Below are positions 39,867 through 50,600 of a DNA stretch of 64,000 nucleotides, piece by piece (within the stretch, counting starts at the first letter, position 1; every line of letters starts with the position of its first letter). The position numbers and the translations under genes are program-made. Under the pieces are notes generated by a model. The model made no database searches and was not told where the DNA came from. It worked only from the letters and a program-made list of their open reading frames with translations. Origin of the DNA: Bradymonadia bacterium (lineage in GTDB: Bacteria; Myxococcota_A; Bradymonadia; UBA7976; UBA1532); contig JBKAGE010000001.1 in the NCBI GenBank assembly GCA_046290225.1, positions 1 to 64,000 on the forward strand. Reading direction: 5' to 3'.

Positions 39867-42440
39867 TCAGTCGATGGGCGACATGCCCACCTGCTCGCCG
39901 CCGCTGCTCATGCCCAGAGAAATGTAGCTCGTCGACATCGACAGCGTGGAGTAGCTCACGTAGGTCGCAGCATCCCAGATGAGGGAGCTGGAGCCCAAGC
40001 CGTTCCCGTAAACAATCCAGGTGGACTGGGTGCTGGTCACCGAGAGGCTGCTGTAATCGTTGAGCATCAGGCTGCTGAAGTCGCTGGGGATCGAGCTCGA
40101 CCCCAACCCGTTGCCGAAGGAGTACATCATCGCCTCCTGCGTCTGGTACATCAGCGTCCAGTTGGCGTCGAAGACGAGAGAGCTCGAACCCAGGCCATTG
40201 CCGTCGGCGATGGCGGCGGCTTCGTCATTCTCAAACCGGGTGGAGTTCAGCACCGAGACCCCTGGGGGCAGGGCCGTGGCCGGACCCAGGTTCCGCACGT
40301 TGTAGGTGACATCGGTGCTGTTGCCGGTTCTGCCGAAGAAGTGCTCGGCGATCTCCGAGTCGGGGTTCAGGGCGAAGATCACCCCGCGGCGCTCACCCTC
40401 TGCGTTGAGGATCGCCTGAGCCTCACCCTGGCTGAGGCCATAGTAGCCCAGAGCGGGAGAGGCCCAGCGGTGCATGTCGTCAGCAGCTTCTCGCTGTACC
40501 CGGTCGACGAAGAAGGTGGCCAGCTTGCCCGGCTCGTTGGGCAACTCGGCGGAATACACCAGACAATGATCCGAGCCTGCCTGAACCGAACAGCTCACGC
40601 TGCCTTCTACCTGACCTGACCAATGGCCGAAGATGGTCACGTCTTCAGTGAGCCCTCGGGCATCATCGTCACCGTGGTTCTCACGTACGGTGATGGCCGC
40701 CGCGAGCTTCACCTTGCTCTCGTTGCTCTTCTGCAAGGCGATGGGGCTCACGTGGAACCGCTTGAGCATCGCCAGATCGCCAGGGTAGTTGGCGTGATCG
40801 CGGTACAGCAGGGCCAGTGCAGGGCGCATCACCCCGTTGCCGTGGTTGGGCGAGAAGCCAGCACCCTGGCGCTCGCCTGTGGCGGAGATGATGGGTCGGA
40901 TCAGCTCTCGGGGGATCCCACGCTCGATCATGAGGGCGGCGAGGCCGGTGACCGCCACGGCGGCCTGTGAGGTGCCCGCAGCCATCCAGTACCCGTAGGA
41001 CCCGGGCTCGCTGGGATCGAAGGCCTCGGCGAGGATGCCGTCGACGATGCCGTCTCCGTCAAGGTCGCTGGCCATGTTCCCGCCGGGGGCGAGGATCTCC
41101 AGAGCCGTACCGGTGTTGCTGTACTCCGCAACAGAAGGCACCACGGTGGTCCGATCCCGGTAGGTCGGGCGGTCGTGGGCACCCACGGCGATCACGTGGG
41201 GCGCAGCAGCGGGCCAGCCTACCTGATCAGCGCCAGAGTTACCTGCGGAGCCCACCATGATGCTGCCCGCCTCGGAGGCATGACGCAGCGCCCGCTGCAT
41301 CATCTGACCCGGCTGATAGCCGACGCCGAAGGACAAGCTCATGTTGATGACATCTGCCCCCTGATCGGCGGCGTAGATCAAGCCCTCGGAGACCTGGAAC
41401 TCGGTGCCGCTCAACTCGGCGCCGAGGACCTTCACCGGCAAGATACGCGCGCCCACGGCGTAGCCGCGAGTCAGGGCCCCACACCGGGGATCGGCGCCGA
41501 GCAGCGAGGCGAGGTGGGTGCCGTGCTGGTGATCGTCGGTGGGATCAGCATCGTCGTTGACGAAGTCGTACCCGTCGCCACGCTCGGTGCAGCCCAGAGA
41601 GGGCGCATCTGCGAGGCCACTGTCCAAGATCGCCACCGTGACACTGCTGGCCCGAGGCACGACCTGGAAAGCCGTGGGCCACCCGTCGGCCTGCAATCGG
41701 CTCAGGCCCTGCATGTGCCACATCAGACCCGCCAGAGGCGGCGCATCGACACTCGTGAGCTCGGGGGCCTGCAAACCCTCGAAGAGAATTTGATCAGCCT
41801 CCTGCATCTGCCCGACGGCCAGCGCTTCGTTGGCACCCAGGCCGGCATCAGCCGCCTTATCCTTATCCTTATCCTTATCCGTTGCGCCGTAGGCGATGGC
41901 GTTGGGATCAGCGCTTTCAACACCAGGCAAACGACTCACAGTCTGCAGCGCGAGGGCGAGATCGCCCCCATCTGTCAGACGCACGCGCCAGATGCCCAGA
42001 ATCTCGTTATGTTGCAGGACCTCGACGTGGGCAGCCTCCCAGATGGCTGCTCGCGCCGCGGCGTCAACGTGCTGGCCCACACGGACCAGCATCTCACCCC
42101 GGGCCACCTCGACGACGTGCTTGCCGTACTCGAGGGCCTCGACCTCGGGGGTGCCAGGGGCGCGGTTCTCTCCAGGACCGGGCTCGATGGCGTTCTGAAT
42201 GATGCGTTGAGCGAAGGCGGCCTGTTGAGCCCTCTCCGCACGCTCGAGGGGGGTGATGTCCCCCCCTCCACCGTGGCTGCCCCCTTCGGCGACGAAGGGG
42301 TGGTGCTCGTTCGTCTGGCTCCCGTCTCCAGAATGGCCTTGCTCGCCGCCGAGCGACAGAAGCATCGCGCCGGCGGCCAAACCCGCAAGTGGGAGAGTCC
42401 AGCGCCGATTGCGCTGCCCTGATGGCAAGCCTCTCTTCAT
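39867..42440 (-). CDS. Secreted S8 (subtilisin-like) serine peptidase with repeat-bearing C-terminal tail
   Basis: RBS gaggagg, signal peptide, prodomain, triad AILDSG / HGTHLA / GTSQAA, oxyanion SAGNSG. Confidence 0.92.
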   Translation of the reverse strand: MKRGLPSGQRNRRWTLPLAGLAAGAMLLSLGGEQGHSGDGSQTNEHHPFVAEGGSHGGGGDITPLERAERAQQAAFAQRIIQNAIEPGPGENRAPGTPEVEALEYGKHVVEVARGEMLVRVGQHVDAAARAAIWEAAHVEVLQHNEILGIWRVRLTDGGDLALALQTVSRLPGVESADPNAIAYGATDKDKDKDKAADAGLGANEALAVGQMQEADQILFEGLQAPELTSVDAPPLAGLMWHMQGLSRLQADGWPTAFQVVPRASSVTVAILDSGLADAPSLGCTERGDGYDFVNDDADPTDDHQHGTHLASLLGADPRCGALTRGYAVGARILPVKVLGAELSGTEFQVSEGLIYAADQGADVINMSLSFGVGYQPGQMMQRALRHASEAGSIMVGSAGNSGADQVGWPAAAPHVIAVGAHDRPTYRDRTTVVPSVAEYSNTGTALEILAPGGNMASDLDGDGIVDGILAEAFDPSEPGSYGYWMAAGTSQAAVAVTGLAALMIERGIPRELIRPIISATGERQGAGFSPNHGNGVMRPALALLYRDHANYPGDLAMLKRFHVSPIALQKSNESKVKLAAAITVRENHGDDDARGLTEDVTIFGHWSGQVEGSVSCSVQAGSDHCLVYSAELPNEPGKLATFFVDRVQREAADDMHRWASPALGYYGLSQGEAQAILNAEGERRGVIFALNPDSEIAEHFFGRTGNSTDVTYNVRNLGPATALPPGVSVLNSTRFENDEAAAIADGNGLGSSSLVFDANWTLMYQTQEAMMYSFGNGLGSSSIPSDFSSLMLNDYSSLSVTSTQSTWIVYGNGLGSSSLIWDAATYVSYSTLSMSTSYISLGMSSGGEQVGMSPID
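41857..41880. repeat. (TTATCC)4 microsatellite encoding DKDKDKDK in the S8 pro-region linker
   Basis: Direct reading of the sequence; in-frame hexamer repeat. Confidence 0.9.
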
Positions 42441-42560
42441 ATGTTTCCTCCTCAGCAGCCACACGTGTGGCGTCAGCAAAGGAAAAAACGGAACCTTCAG
42501 AAGCAAACTTGAGACACTTTAGAAAAAAGTGAGTCAGGAGCGACCCCCATTGGCTCGAAA

Positions 42561-43193
42561 TCAGAGGCTCTTGATCCAGCCCGTGAATCGCTCTGCGGCC
42601 TTGAACCGTGCGGGACCCACGCGGATCACCGCCCCCCGATGACGCAGCCACGCCTTGAAGCTTCGGGGTGGCACACTTGTTCCGAAGATTTGATTGTAGA
42701 GCAGCCGCACATGGCGGGTACGGAACGTGTCACCGAGCAATCCCAGGGGCCATGGGCCCACCTGCGCCTGTGTCATGAGACGCTGTCTCGCGGCCTCGAT
42801 GATCTCGTCGTGATCGAAGGCGAGGCCCGGCAGCGCGTCGAGGGGGAACCACCGCGCCTTGGCGGCGTCATCCCCAGCTTGGGCCTCGCAGTCCGCCGGT
42901 GCCAGGCCGAGCCAGGCGCTGGTGACCACCCACCCCCGTGGATCGCGACCAGGGGTGCCGAAGACACCGATCTCCATCAAGGGCAGGCCCTTGACCCCAG
43001 TCTCTTCCTCGAGCTCGCGGTGGGCGGCTGTCTGAGGGGTCTCGTCGGGATCGACGAAACCACCAGGCAGGGCGTAGCACCCCTTGAAGGGGGCCCTGGC
43101 CCGCTCGATGAGCAACACCTCGAGCCGGCCCCGGAGCCGCAAGGCCACCACATCGGCGGTGAGGGCGGGGCGTGGATACTCTTTCTCGGCCAT
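42561..43193 (-). CDS. Nudix hydrolase with short C-terminal winged-helix (NrtR-like)
   Basis: Nudix box GGFVDPDETPQTAAHRELEEETGV, RDPRG, LAFDH; C-terminal LLGDTF...LYNQIFG. ATG 43193 with RBS ggagg. Confidence 0.85.
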   Translation of the reverse strand: MAEKEYPRPALTADVVALRLRGRLEVLLIERARAPFKGCYALPGGFVDPDETPQTAAHRELEEETGVKGLPLMEIGVFGTPGRDPRGWVVTSAWLGLAPADCEAQAGDDAAKARWFPLDALPGLAFDHDEIIEAARQRLMTQAQVGPWPLGLLGDTFRTRHVRLLYNQIFGTSVPPRSFKAWLRHRGAVIRVGPARFKAAERFTGWIKSL

Positions 43194-43258
43194 GGGGCCT
43201 CCCGTGCACCTGTGCGCTGCGGCGGGGGATAACACGAATTTGTGATACACCCCAACCC

Positions 43259-44545
43259 ATGCGTCTCCCTGGACTCGTCGACCTCGTAGGACAATGGCTT
43301 GCCGCAGCGGTGGCCCTGTCACCCTTGCTCCTGCCCGAGAGCACCCCCTATCTGGTGGCCGCATCGATGGTGCTGGCCCTTCTGGGTGCGGGCCTGTGGG
43401 CCATACGCCACCGCGCAGTGGCTCTGCTCCATCTCTCGGCGCTGGCAGCCCTCAGTACATGGGCGGTGATCTACCCCTCGACGGGGCTCGCCCTGGCACC
43501 TCTGCTCGTCGGCGCCTTGTTGCAATACGCAGCCCACAGCGTGGGACGACAAATCGCCCGTCGAGGCACGCGCCCTCCACTGCACGTGCTCACGGGTTTT
43601 CTGGGGAGCGGCAAGACCACGCTGCTCAATCGACTGCTCTCCGATCCGTCACTGGCAGGCACGGCGGTCATCGTGAACGAGTTCGGTGAAGTGGGGGTCG
43701 ACCACGTGCTGCTCGAGGCGGTGGACGAGCAGATGATGCTCTTGAGCAGCGGATGTGTGTGCTGCACGGTGCGGGGTGATCTGGTGCAGACCGTGGAAGC
43801 CCTGCACCAGAAGGTGGCCACGGGGGTGATCCCTCCCTTCGACCGCATCGTGCTCGAAACCACGGGGGTCGCCGATCCGGCGCCGATTCTCCAGACCCTC
43901 ATGGCCTCGCGGCGCTTGCGGGCTCGCTGCACTCCTGGGGTGGTCGTCACGGTGGTGGACGCCATGCGGCCGACGTTGCTCGATGCCCAGACCCTCGATC
44001 CGGTGGCCATCGCTCAGGTTGCCCTCGCGGATCGGCTGGTCCTGTCGAAGCTCGATCTCGACCCTGAGGCGGAGTCGCTGAGTACCCTGCAGAGCACGCT
44101 GAGATCGCTCAACGGACGGGCAGAGTATCTCTCGGGTGACGATGTGCGCCCTCGATCACTCTTTGCCCCTGTGAGAGGTCATGGCGTCGACCACGAGCAT
44201 CACCACCACACGCATGCGCATCACAATGTGTCCACGTTCACAGTGGAGCTGCCCGACCTCTTGAGCCGAGGGCAACTCGAGAGCTGGTTGCTCACCCTCA
44301 TGGAGCAGTACGGGCCCGACTTGTTGAGGGTAAAGGGCCTCGCCCGCCTGCGGGAGCGGCCACGCAAGCCTGCGGTGATCCACGTGGTGCAGCACATGGT
44401 GGCGCCCTTGTCGTGGCTGGACCGCTGGCCCTCGGACAGCCAGGTGGGCCGATGTGTCTTCATCGGCCGTGGTCTCGACCGGGCCATGATTGAGGGTTTA
44501 CTTCACGGTCGAGTGTCGCCTCAGATTCACACCCGCACAGAGTGA
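43259..44545 (+). CDS. COG0523/CobW-family GTPase metallochaperone with N-terminal membrane segments
   Basis: GFLGSGKTT, VIVNEFGEVGVD, GCVCC, ETTGVADP, SKLD, His-rich HEHHHHTHAHH, LLRVKG. Confidence 0.9.
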   Translation: MRLPGLVDLVGQWLAAAVALSPLLLPESTPYLVAASMVLALLGAGLWAIRHRAVALLHLSALAALSTWAVIYPSTGLALAPLLVGALLQYAAHSVGRQIARRGTRPPLHVLTGFLGSGKTTLLNRLLSDPSLAGTAVIVNEFGEVGVDHVLLEAVDEQMMLLSSGCVCCTVRGDLVQTVEALHQKVATGVIPPFDRIVLETTGVADPAPILQTLMASRRLRARCTPGVVVTVVDAMRPTLLDAQTLDPVAIAQVALADRLVLSKLDLDPEAESLSTLQSTLRSLNGRAEYLSGDDVRPRSLFAPVRGHGVDHEHHHHTHAHHNVSTFTVELPDLLSRGQLESWLLTLMEQYGPDLLRVKGLARLRERPRKPAVIHVVQHMVAPLSWLDRWPSDSQVGRCVFIGRGLDRAMIEGLLHGRVSPQIHTRTE

Positions 44546-44652
44546 CCACGAGAAATGGCGTCTTTTCATGAGGCTTCTACATGGTACGGCGCTTGCCACG
44601 AGGGATGGCCGAATGCATATAGCCACCCCCTCGACGCATCTGAGAGGCCGAT

Positions 44653-45399
44653 ATGAACACCTGTACGCGACACCTCATCACTCTGCTGTGCACCTTGACC
44701 CCGCTCACGGCCATGGCAGCCCCCAGGAACCTCGTCGAGGCCGATCGGGAGAATGACGCCTCGGTGGATCGCGGCCTGCTCTCCTCTCACGCCGAGACCC
44801 TGCGAGCAGGCGAGATCACCTTCAACAGCTATCAATTGTTTCTCGCGGGACTGAGCGCTGGTGTCACCGACGACCTGCAGCTCTCGGGCACCTTCTTGCT
44901 CCCAGCCTTCGAGGTCTTCCCGTTCTTTGGCATCTTTCAGGGCAAGTACAGCCTGAGCCGCTCGGAGACCACTTCGATCTCGGTCACCGCCAACGCGATC
45001 TACACCGAAGGCGGCTTCACCAGCTTCGGCCCGGGCCTCTCCATCGACCATCACCTGGGCGCGGTGTCGCTCCATGGCACCCTCATCGTGAACGCCGCCC
45101 TCGGTGAAGATGAGTTCGATGACGACCGGGAGGTCGAATCGGGGTTTCTGGTCGTCGCCGACCTCGGCTTCACCGCCCGCTTGAGCAAACGCTTCAAGCT
45201 TCTCGGCGAGCTCAAGGTGCCCATGCTCCTCGCTGCGGGGGAGAACAGCGGCTTCAGCGAAGATCTGGCTCTGGCCACCTATGGCGTGCGTTTTCACGGG
45301 TCCAACCTCGCCGCAGATCTCGCGTTCCTCAGGCCCGTCACCGACTATGAAGACTTTGTCCTCGGCGTACCCTATGTGGCCTTCTCCGCCCGTTTTTGA
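44653..45399 (+). CDS. Hypothetical outer-membrane beta-barrel protein
   Basis: Signal peptide ending TAMA, amphipathic strands, terminal Phe (YVAFSARF). Confidence 0.7.
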   Translation: MNTCTRHLITLLCTLTPLTAMAAPRNLVEADRENDASVDRGLLSSHAETLRAGEITFNSYQLFLAGLSAGVTDDLQLSGTFLLPAFEVFPFFGIFQGKYSLSRSETTSISVTANAIYTEGGFTSFGPGLSIDHHLGAVSLHGTLIVNAALGEDEFDDDREVESGFLVVADLGFTARLSKRFKLLGELKVPMLLAAGENSGFSEDLALATYGVRFHGSNLAADLAFLRPVTDYEDFVLGVPYVAFSARF

Positions 45400-45477
45400 G
45401 ATGCTCAGAGGCTGATTCACTCAGAGGCGCGCACACACCTGCGAACCTCTCAGACCTCTCTGATCGAGCACAGTCCG

Positions 45478-46020
45478 ATGTCACGCTCTCGTAAAGCTGA
45501 TCCCGAAGACGCCTTCGCCTTTGAAACGGCCATGGCCGACGTCACCCCTCTCCTGCCACGGGCGGGCAACCGCCTGCCGGGCAAGGCCCCAGAGAAGGGG
45601 CCGGTCGACCCTGGCATCGACGCCCGTAAACCGGTGGACAAGGGCACGCTCCGAGCCATGGAGCGCAACCTCGCCCACACCCGCTCCGCACTCCACGGCG
45701 CTCGGGCAGAGCTCGCCGCGGTCAAAGAGGAGCGAGATGAGTGGATCGAGCGCGCCCGCGCGGCGGAAGGTATGTGGTCCACCCTCAAGGTGGAGATCAG
45801 CCACCTGATGCAGACCCAACCTCCGACGGTGCCTCTGGTCGATCTGCTGGCCAAGGACACCCCTGGTGGGGCCGAGGCCTGGGCAGAGCGGATGCTGGAG
45901 CTGCTGCTCACCGAGCGCCGAGAGGCGCTGCTCGACGCTCTGCGCATCACCGCTGAAGGTTTCGAGACCTGGCGCGCAGCCCTCGAAGCGCCCACCGACG
46001 GAGATGCTGAGCAGGCATGA
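45478..46020 (+). CDS. Hypothetical coiled-coil protein
   Basis: Coding-like codon usage, helical, ATGA-coupled to the next gene. Confidence 0.6.
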   Translation: MSRSRKADPEDAFAFETAMADVTPLLPRAGNRLPGKAPEKGPVDPGIDARKPVDKGTLRAMERNLAHTRSALHGARAELAAVKEERDEWIERARAAEGMWSTLKVEISHLMQTQPPTVPLVDLLAKDTPGGAEAWAERMLELLLTERREALLDALRITAEGFETWRAALEAPTDGDAEQA

Positions 46021-47576
46021 AGGCCACAAGGCCTCACCTTCCGCGCTGGTCAACGCTCTCGTGGTGTGTGTGGGCCTGCCTGTGGGGGTGCGCCGGGGAG
46101 CGCTCTAAAACATTCCAACCCCTCGTCGAGCCACCAGGCCTCGATGCGGGCCCCCCAGACGCTCAGATCGAGCAACCAGACCTCTCAGTGGTCGAGGACG
46201 CCGGCTTCGACGCATCACCACCACCTCCGCCCATGCCGATCAGCCGTACCCACTGGTTCGTGATCTACGCTGATCGCTGGTCTGAAGGGTTCAGAGGGCA
46301 GCTCGAGCCTGCTCATCGGCCTCTCCGACCCGACACTGGGGCTGAGGGCGCACCACGGGTGGCCGCCCTCTCCGAAACCCTGGCAGCCCTGGGTGAGCCA
46401 CCTGTGCTGCTGCACTGGCAAGGGCCCAACCACCCCAGTGACACCCTGCTCACGGCCCTGCTCGAAGCGGGCGTGACCGTGGGTGTGGACTACCCGCTCG
46501 ATGCACGCATCACCGATCAGCCTCAGCCTGCAGACGTGATCCGCTCTGATGTGGCCTGGCTCGCCGCTCGGGCGTTCGAGCGCCCCACATCACTCATGGT
46601 GAGCGGCCACCCCGTCATCCGTGTGCGCCCTCCAGAAGATGCGGCGCTGTGGTCGGTGTTCCTGAGCGCTCTCGATGATGTGAACGTGTCGGCTTTTCTC
46701 GTGGTGGAGATCGATCTCTCGTCACCGCCTGCTCTGCCCCCAGGGGCCTCGGCCCTGGTGCCGACGAACGGACCCGGGTACGCCGGTGACGAGGCCTTCG
46801 GTCGTCGTATGGAAGACCTCGAAGGCTGGCGTCGCTTCGCCACCGAATCCGAAGTCTCGTGGCTGGCCCTGGCCCATCCACCCATCAACCCTCGCCTCGC
46901 CGACCCCGGAGGCGCCTTCGACGGCCACGAGGGCGGGCTGGCCTGGCGCCGAGCCATCGCCCTGGCTCGACAGGAGGTGAGCGCAGAGGCACCTCTGATG
47001 ATCGTGGAGAGCCTCGGCGGTTGGGCTGACGATCGACAGCTCGAAGGGGTGCGGGGGGCAGACACGGCACACCCCGAGATGCTGACCGACGGGCTGGCCT
47101 ATCGTGCGTACGACACGCAACGACTCGATGCAGTGGCGGCACTGCTCCTGGCCCCTGCCACGGACACCCCTGCCCCACCGCCCGGTGAAGCGATCTCCAT
47201 CCTGCGTCAAAGCCGAGGTCTGTCTCTCAACATGCTGGAGCGCGATGCGGGGCGCGTGAGTCTGGGTGTCAGGCATCCCCCTGGCGGGGCGCAACGCCTC
47301 GAGGCACTCGTGGATGCACGACCCTTCATCGTGCCCCCTGGCCTGCAGCTCCAATATCGCCGCAGCGATGCGGCCCTGAGCCTGGGCGTGCTCTTCGAGA
47401 ATGGCAGCCGAAGCATGGAAGGGGTCGTCCGGCTGATGGATGCAGAAGGCGAGATCATGGCCCTCGATCTCTCCGCAGAGGCCGGGCGCCGGGTCGAAGG
47501 CCTGCTCTTGCGCTACACCGGTGACGGAGAGGGCCTCACCGGGGCCGTGGACGCGATCAGATACGTCACCCCATAA
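46017..47576 (+). CDS. Lipoprotein, possible degenerate GH99/GH71-like TIM-barrel
   Basis: Lipobox CLWGC; ESLGGWADDRQLEG loosely parallels the GH99 SFNEWHEGTQIEP motif. Confidence 0.5.
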   Translation: MKATRPHLPRWSTLSWCVWACLWGCAGERSKTFQPLVEPPGLDAGPPDAQIEQPDLSVVEDAGFDASPPPPPMPISRTHWFVIYADRWSEGFRGQLEPAHRPLRPDTGAEGAPRVAALSETLAALGEPPVLLHWQGPNHPSDTLLTALLEAGVTVGVDYPLDARITDQPQPADVIRSDVAWLAARAFERPTSLMVSGHPVIRVRPPEDAALWSVFLSALDDVNVSAFLVVEIDLSSPPALPPGASALVPTNGPGYAGDEAFGRRMEDLEGWRRFATESEVSWLALAHPPINPRLADPGGAFDGHEGGLAWRRAIALARQEVSAEAPLMIVESLGGWADDRQLEGVRGADTAHPEMLTDGLAYRAYDTQRLDAVAALLLAPATDTPAPPPGEAISILRQSRGLSLNMLERDAGRVSLGVRHPPGGAQRLEALVDARPFIVPPGLQLQYRRSDAALSLGVLFENGSRSMEGVVRLMDAEGEIMALDLSAEAGRRVEGLLLRYTGDGEGLTGAVDAIRYVTP

Positions 47577-47685
47577 GGGCTCGCGATTCTCGTTGAGAGC
47601 CAAGGGTGCGCCGCTCGAAGAAATCCAGTAGAGTAGCCGGGATGCAGGCGTAGAGAGCCGGTCTGGGAGAGGGTCGCCAAGCCGC

Positions 47686-50600
47686 ATGAACCACAGCGAC
47701 GCCACCACGAAGGAGTCACCAGAGGCGCAACCCGATGGCACCTCTGAGACTGCTCGAGATCGCATCGAACACCTCGAGCCCCTGGTGAAGGCCGATCCGG
47801 GGCATCACGGCTTTTTCGAACTGGCCACCCTCTACTTCGAAGAGTCCGATGATCCCAAGCGCGCCCTCGAGGTGCTTCGTGGCGCCCTCGACATTCATCC
47901 TGATCACATCGATGCCCGGCTGCTCCTGGGCCGCATCTACCTGAGCAGGGGCCGCCACCGCTCGTGTGTGCGCCACATGGCCCGGCTGCTCCACAGTCAC
48001 CCCACCCTGGTGCCCGCGATGAAGCTGCTGGGCCGCGGCCTGCTCGCCGAGGGCAAGGCTGAAGAGGCCTGGGTGGTTCTTCGCCGCGCTCAGGACACCC
48101 TCGGCATGGCCGATCCGGAGCTGTCCCGGCTCCTGCGACAGGCGGGGGGGCAACTGCGCAGGCCTCAGGCCACGGAAGATGGTGTGTTGTCCACTGGGCG
48201 ACGTGGGGAGCGCATCACCCAGATCACGTCGGCGAGCACGGGCAAGCCCACTCGCCCCAAAGGCTTCACCCAATACATCCGTCAGGTGGCCATCGAGCCC
48301 ACGACCCACGTGGGCCTCGAGGCCATCGATCCCAGCGAAGCCATGGGGACCGATCCCCACATCCGCCTCGACGAAGCCCATGAGACCCCTGCCCAAGAGA
48401 TCTCTGCCGTGGAGGTCGAAGAGCAACCGACGAAGTCGACGCTCAATCAGCAGCCTCCGCCTCTAGAGCCCCCAACGCTCGAGGCTCTGGAGGACGAAGA
48501 AGAGACTCAGGTGCACGATCAGTCTTCCATCCTCTCTGCGGTGACCCCGGAGGACGAAGACGAAGAAGACACGGTGGTGCACCCCTCGATGTCCGACGAG
48601 GAGATCGCCGAAGTCCTCGAAGAGAGTAGCTCGAGCTTCCCCGACGAGCCCACCCGAGCCGACTTGAGCGGGCCCTGGCCGATCCTCGGACAGAAGGCCG
48701 AGGGCACCACCCTCGACCCTTCGGAGACCGGGGAGCGCAGGATCCATGGGATCATCCACCGACTGCCAGAGGACGTCACCCGAGAGCAAACACCCATCAG
48801 CGAGTCGGTGGTCATCGCCGACGTCACCGAGTCGCTCTCCGACTTCGACCAGGCGGCCATCGCCGAGGCCATCAAGCCCCCGGCCCCCTCAGAAGAGATC
48901 CCCATCGACTTCGACGATGAGGAAGAGCCCACCTCGGTGCTGACGCCATCACCTGAGTCGGTGAACGCTGCCTCCCTCGACACGAGCATGCCCCTGCCCC
49001 TCGACGGCGATATGGGCCTACAGAGCGGGCTGGGCGTGGACATGAGGTCTGGGGAGCTGGCCCCCGAAGCTCAAGATGCCTCGATGGTGGTCCGCCGCGA
49101 GCTGGTCCTGCCCGACGCCAGCATGGATCACACCTCGGACTTGACCACGTCGCTGCCCGAGAGAGCCACAGCGCCGGTGAAGAGCCGCGCGCCGCTCGCA
49201 CAGCCCGGCAGCCGCACCGACGACTTCGATGCGCCCACAGAGGCGCTCACCCGCGAGCGCGCGCTGAAGGCGTCGCCTGCCCCTGCGGTAGAGAACGAAA
49301 CCCCTGAGGTGCCGATCCCCGCCACCCGCATGCTCAGCCTCGACATCGAGGGGCCTGATCAAACGGGTCCGATCACGCCCCGGGCTGAAGATGCTGACGA
49401 GGAGGTCATTTCGTCGGCACTGCATTTGCCAGACGCGCTCTCGCGCTCTCTGGGCTCCACGATGGATCCGGAGTCTTCGGCGGAGGCGTCTTTCGAGCAG
49501 TCGGCGGAGACATCTGCAGAAGAGAGTCAACGACCCAACACTGTGCACCTCGGCCGCCGCCGTGGACGCCCGACCTCTTCCAAGCCCCCACCAGAGGCCC
49601 GTGCGGTCGCCCATCCACTCGCCGAGCATGATGGCGAAAGCACGACTCAACGACGCAACCAGCGGGCACCCGAGCGACCTCCAGTACCCGGCTCACTGCG
49701 CACCCGTCTGCCAGATCACCCGAAGGGTCGGGTGCAGGCTGATCCCGAGGCGGAGACACAGCACCGACAAGACCAGAGCCAGCGCGCCGAGGCACCTGCA
49801 GTGCCCAACCGGCGAGGCCCGGTCAACCTGCTCGACATCCCCCTCGATCCGGACGATTTTCAGCCACCGCCTCCTCAGGCGCCGGCGCAGACAGCGCCCA
49901 AGGCGACACCGGCCCCCCAACCTCCAGCGATCCAGCCTCCAGCGATCCGGCCACCAGCGCTGCGACCAGCACCAAGGGCTCAAGCTCCGAGAGCGCCTGC
50001 GCCACGGCCTGCCCCACCGCCCATCCCCCGATCCGAGGGTGAGCCACTGCCTTCGGTCGAGGCCCGTCAACCTCCAGCGCCGGTGCCGACACCGGTGCCG
50101 ATGGGGGGCATCGCAGTCCCGGAGCAGCCTGAGGCGCCGATCCCTGATTATGGTGAAGAGAGCAGCAGCCCCTTCGGCAGCTACTATGATGGCCGTGGTC
50201 AAGGCGATCAGGAGAGTGCCCGTCACGACGCAGTCGACCACATCGTCGATGCTCCAGAACCCCAACGGCCCCGTAAGCCCTCTCGCGATCACCCGGGCAC
50301 TGTAGCTGCCCCCTCGGTCCCCAACCACCGTGGCACAGTGCTCAAGGCTCTCGGCCTTGGGGGTCTGGTGATGGCGCTGGTGCTCGGGCTGCTGTCGACG
50401 TGGCGCTACATCGCCGTGGCCGACGCCCTCGACGACACCCTCGCCGAGACCGAGAAATCGCTCCAGGACGGCAACTTCATCAGCCGCGTCGATGGCAGCG
50501 AGCGCCTGCCCGAGGCCATCGAAGCGGGTGATCCGCTGGCCCGAGCCGGTGACGCGCTGATGCAGCTGCTCGGCAAGGGTGGCATCGAGGCTCGCCAGGC

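Noticed and set aside
45478..46020. Smr/MutS2-type endonuclease
   Set aside because: The N-terminus (FETAMADVTPL) resembles Smr-protein leaders, but no LDLHG/HGKG Smr core follows.
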